From a virus (Duplodnaviria; Caudoviricetes), in IMG/VR virus record IMGVR_UViG_3300033475_000095, positions 1-37,017 of that record: DNA of 37,017 bases. One strand, given 5' to 3'. Under the pieces are notes generated by a model, which saw only the letters and a list, made by a program, of their open reading frames with translations, was not told the DNA's origin and made no database searches. Both the position numbers and the translations under genes were made by a program. Below, one piece after another: positions 36,120 through 37,017 of this stretch; positions within the stretch are counted from its first letter, which is position 1, and each line of letters starts with the position of its first letter.

Positions 36120-36762
36120 TTATTTGTCCTTTATAAATTTTCTATTTTCTATATCCGTGAGAGAAACCAAAGCTTTATTGATTGCCACCGTCAAAAGTGT
36201 GTGTGCCTCACTGCGGCTATCAGAGGCAAGTAAATTATCAATAATCCTGTCTGGAATAGAAAGCAGGGCGTTTTTTATTTCAACACCATAGGTAAAAAGA
36301 TTTTTCTTTACTTCTGCAATTGGGACCAGCTCACCTGTTGCCTCTTTTAGTTTTATTTCTGCCAAATTAGCTTTGGCAATTTTTTCCCTTAGTTCTGCAT
36401 CTGCAAATTGATCTGCAGCAAGTTCATTTTTAGCCCGGTTCTCGTTATATTCTTTCGCGCGTTGATCCCGGTCCTCTTTTGCTTTTTGTTTTTCTGTCTT
36501 ATCAACGTGGTTTTCCACAGTGTTGATAATTTCATCTTCAGCATTTAAATTTTCTTCAGGATTATCTGTTATCACTTCAGAACCTGGACCAGGATTATAT
36601 TTATACCAGTATTCAAAAGCTCGTTCAATCAGCACAACAGGGCGCCCGTTTTTGGGGTCGACGTCAAAAGCGTCTTCGCCAATGCGGCCCGACTTCCTTC
36701 CTAATTGTAGTGTCTGTAGTTCCGACCCTGCGCGCAAATTCCCTAATACTTACTTTTTCCAT
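36120..36762 (-). CDS. terS: terminase small subunit (Nu1-like), split by a frameshift near 36693-36702
   Basis: ATG 36762 frame gives the HTH MEKVSIREFARRVGTTDTTIRK and stops at 36664. A second frame carries RKSGRI...AKANLAEIKLKEATGELVPIAEV...LLSIPDRI. Confidence 0.85.
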
Positions 36763-36771
36763 CAAATATTG

Positions 36772-36834
36772 ATTTGCAAATTACTTTGCAACTAATATAC
36801 GAACTTGCAAAGTCTGTTCAAAACTTTGCGAAGT
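36772..36834. repeat. cosB-like repeats (candidate TerS binding sites)
   Basis: ATTTGCAAAT at 36772, ACTTTGCAACT at 36783, ACTTGCAAAGT at 36803 and ACTTTGCGAAGT at 36823. Confidence 0.6.
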
Positions 36835-36861
36835 GTAAAAAAACCTCCCAAAATCGATTTT

Positions 36862-36906
36862 TCGGGGCTGCAAGCATCCGCGACGCCGTTAACGTAAAAA
36901 GGACCC
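36862..36906 (-). other. cosQ/cosN-like packaging site
   Basis: GGGTCCT (identical to lambda cosQ) at 36906-36900, a 16 nt spacer, then the 22 bp imperfect dyad TCGCGGATGCTTGCAGCCCCGA; upstream of terS. Confidence 0.65.
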
Positions 36907-37017
36907 ATTTTTTAGGAACCCCATGTACAATGTTTTCGTAACCTATTGATAATCAAGGATTGTTGAACTTTAAACCTTTTTCTAGTTCTTGTAATAGTCT
37001 GGCTGGGTACACGTCTG

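Noticed and set aside
36120-36737. TTG start for terS given in the ORF track
   Set aside because: The HTH-bearing N-terminus is in another frame starting at ATG 36762.
413-36795. Many plus-strand and alternative-frame ORFs in the track (e.g. 1026-1418, 3242-3637, 23525-23914, 32345-32821, 34592-35038)
   Set aside because: They are shadows of well-supported minus-strand genes and show no recognisable motifs.
1-37017. CRISPR array, integrase/att site, or stop-codon recoding
   Set aside because: No regularly spaced repeats or recombinase were seen; genes are full length in the standard code and TAA, TAG and TGA all serve as stops.

Overview
The window is about 37 kb of a contractile-tailed (myovirus-like) phage or prophage, almost entirely on the minus strand. 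Three matches to the TTTG-N19-TAnnTTTG promoter consensus suggest a Bacteroidetes host. Reading right to left: a lambda-like cos region, a frameshifted small terminase, three small ORFs, a GpA-type large terminase, an opposite-strand secreted moron, gpW, lambda-family portal, fused prohead protease-major capsid protein and head completion genes. Next come a four-gene beta-rich accessory cassette, a P2-like tail and baseplate module with a -1 frameshift chaperone, and lysis genes (GH108 endolysin, two holin-like genes, unimolecular spanin). The left part holds a divergent switch region and early genes (Cro-like HTH, RecE-like nuclease, PIF1-like helicase, and an SF2 helicase cut by the window edge). 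The most unusual items are: (1) tandem paralogous beta-rich proteins, one without a signal peptide and one a lipoprotein, possibly a host-displayed decoy of a virion adhesin; (2) two aberrant tRNA-like RNAs inside operons, one expanded to 125 nt and one lacking its D-stem 5' strand; (3) a palindrome built into the -33 box of the early promoters; (4) a split terS. All calls come from reading motifs and gene order by eye; no database searches were run.
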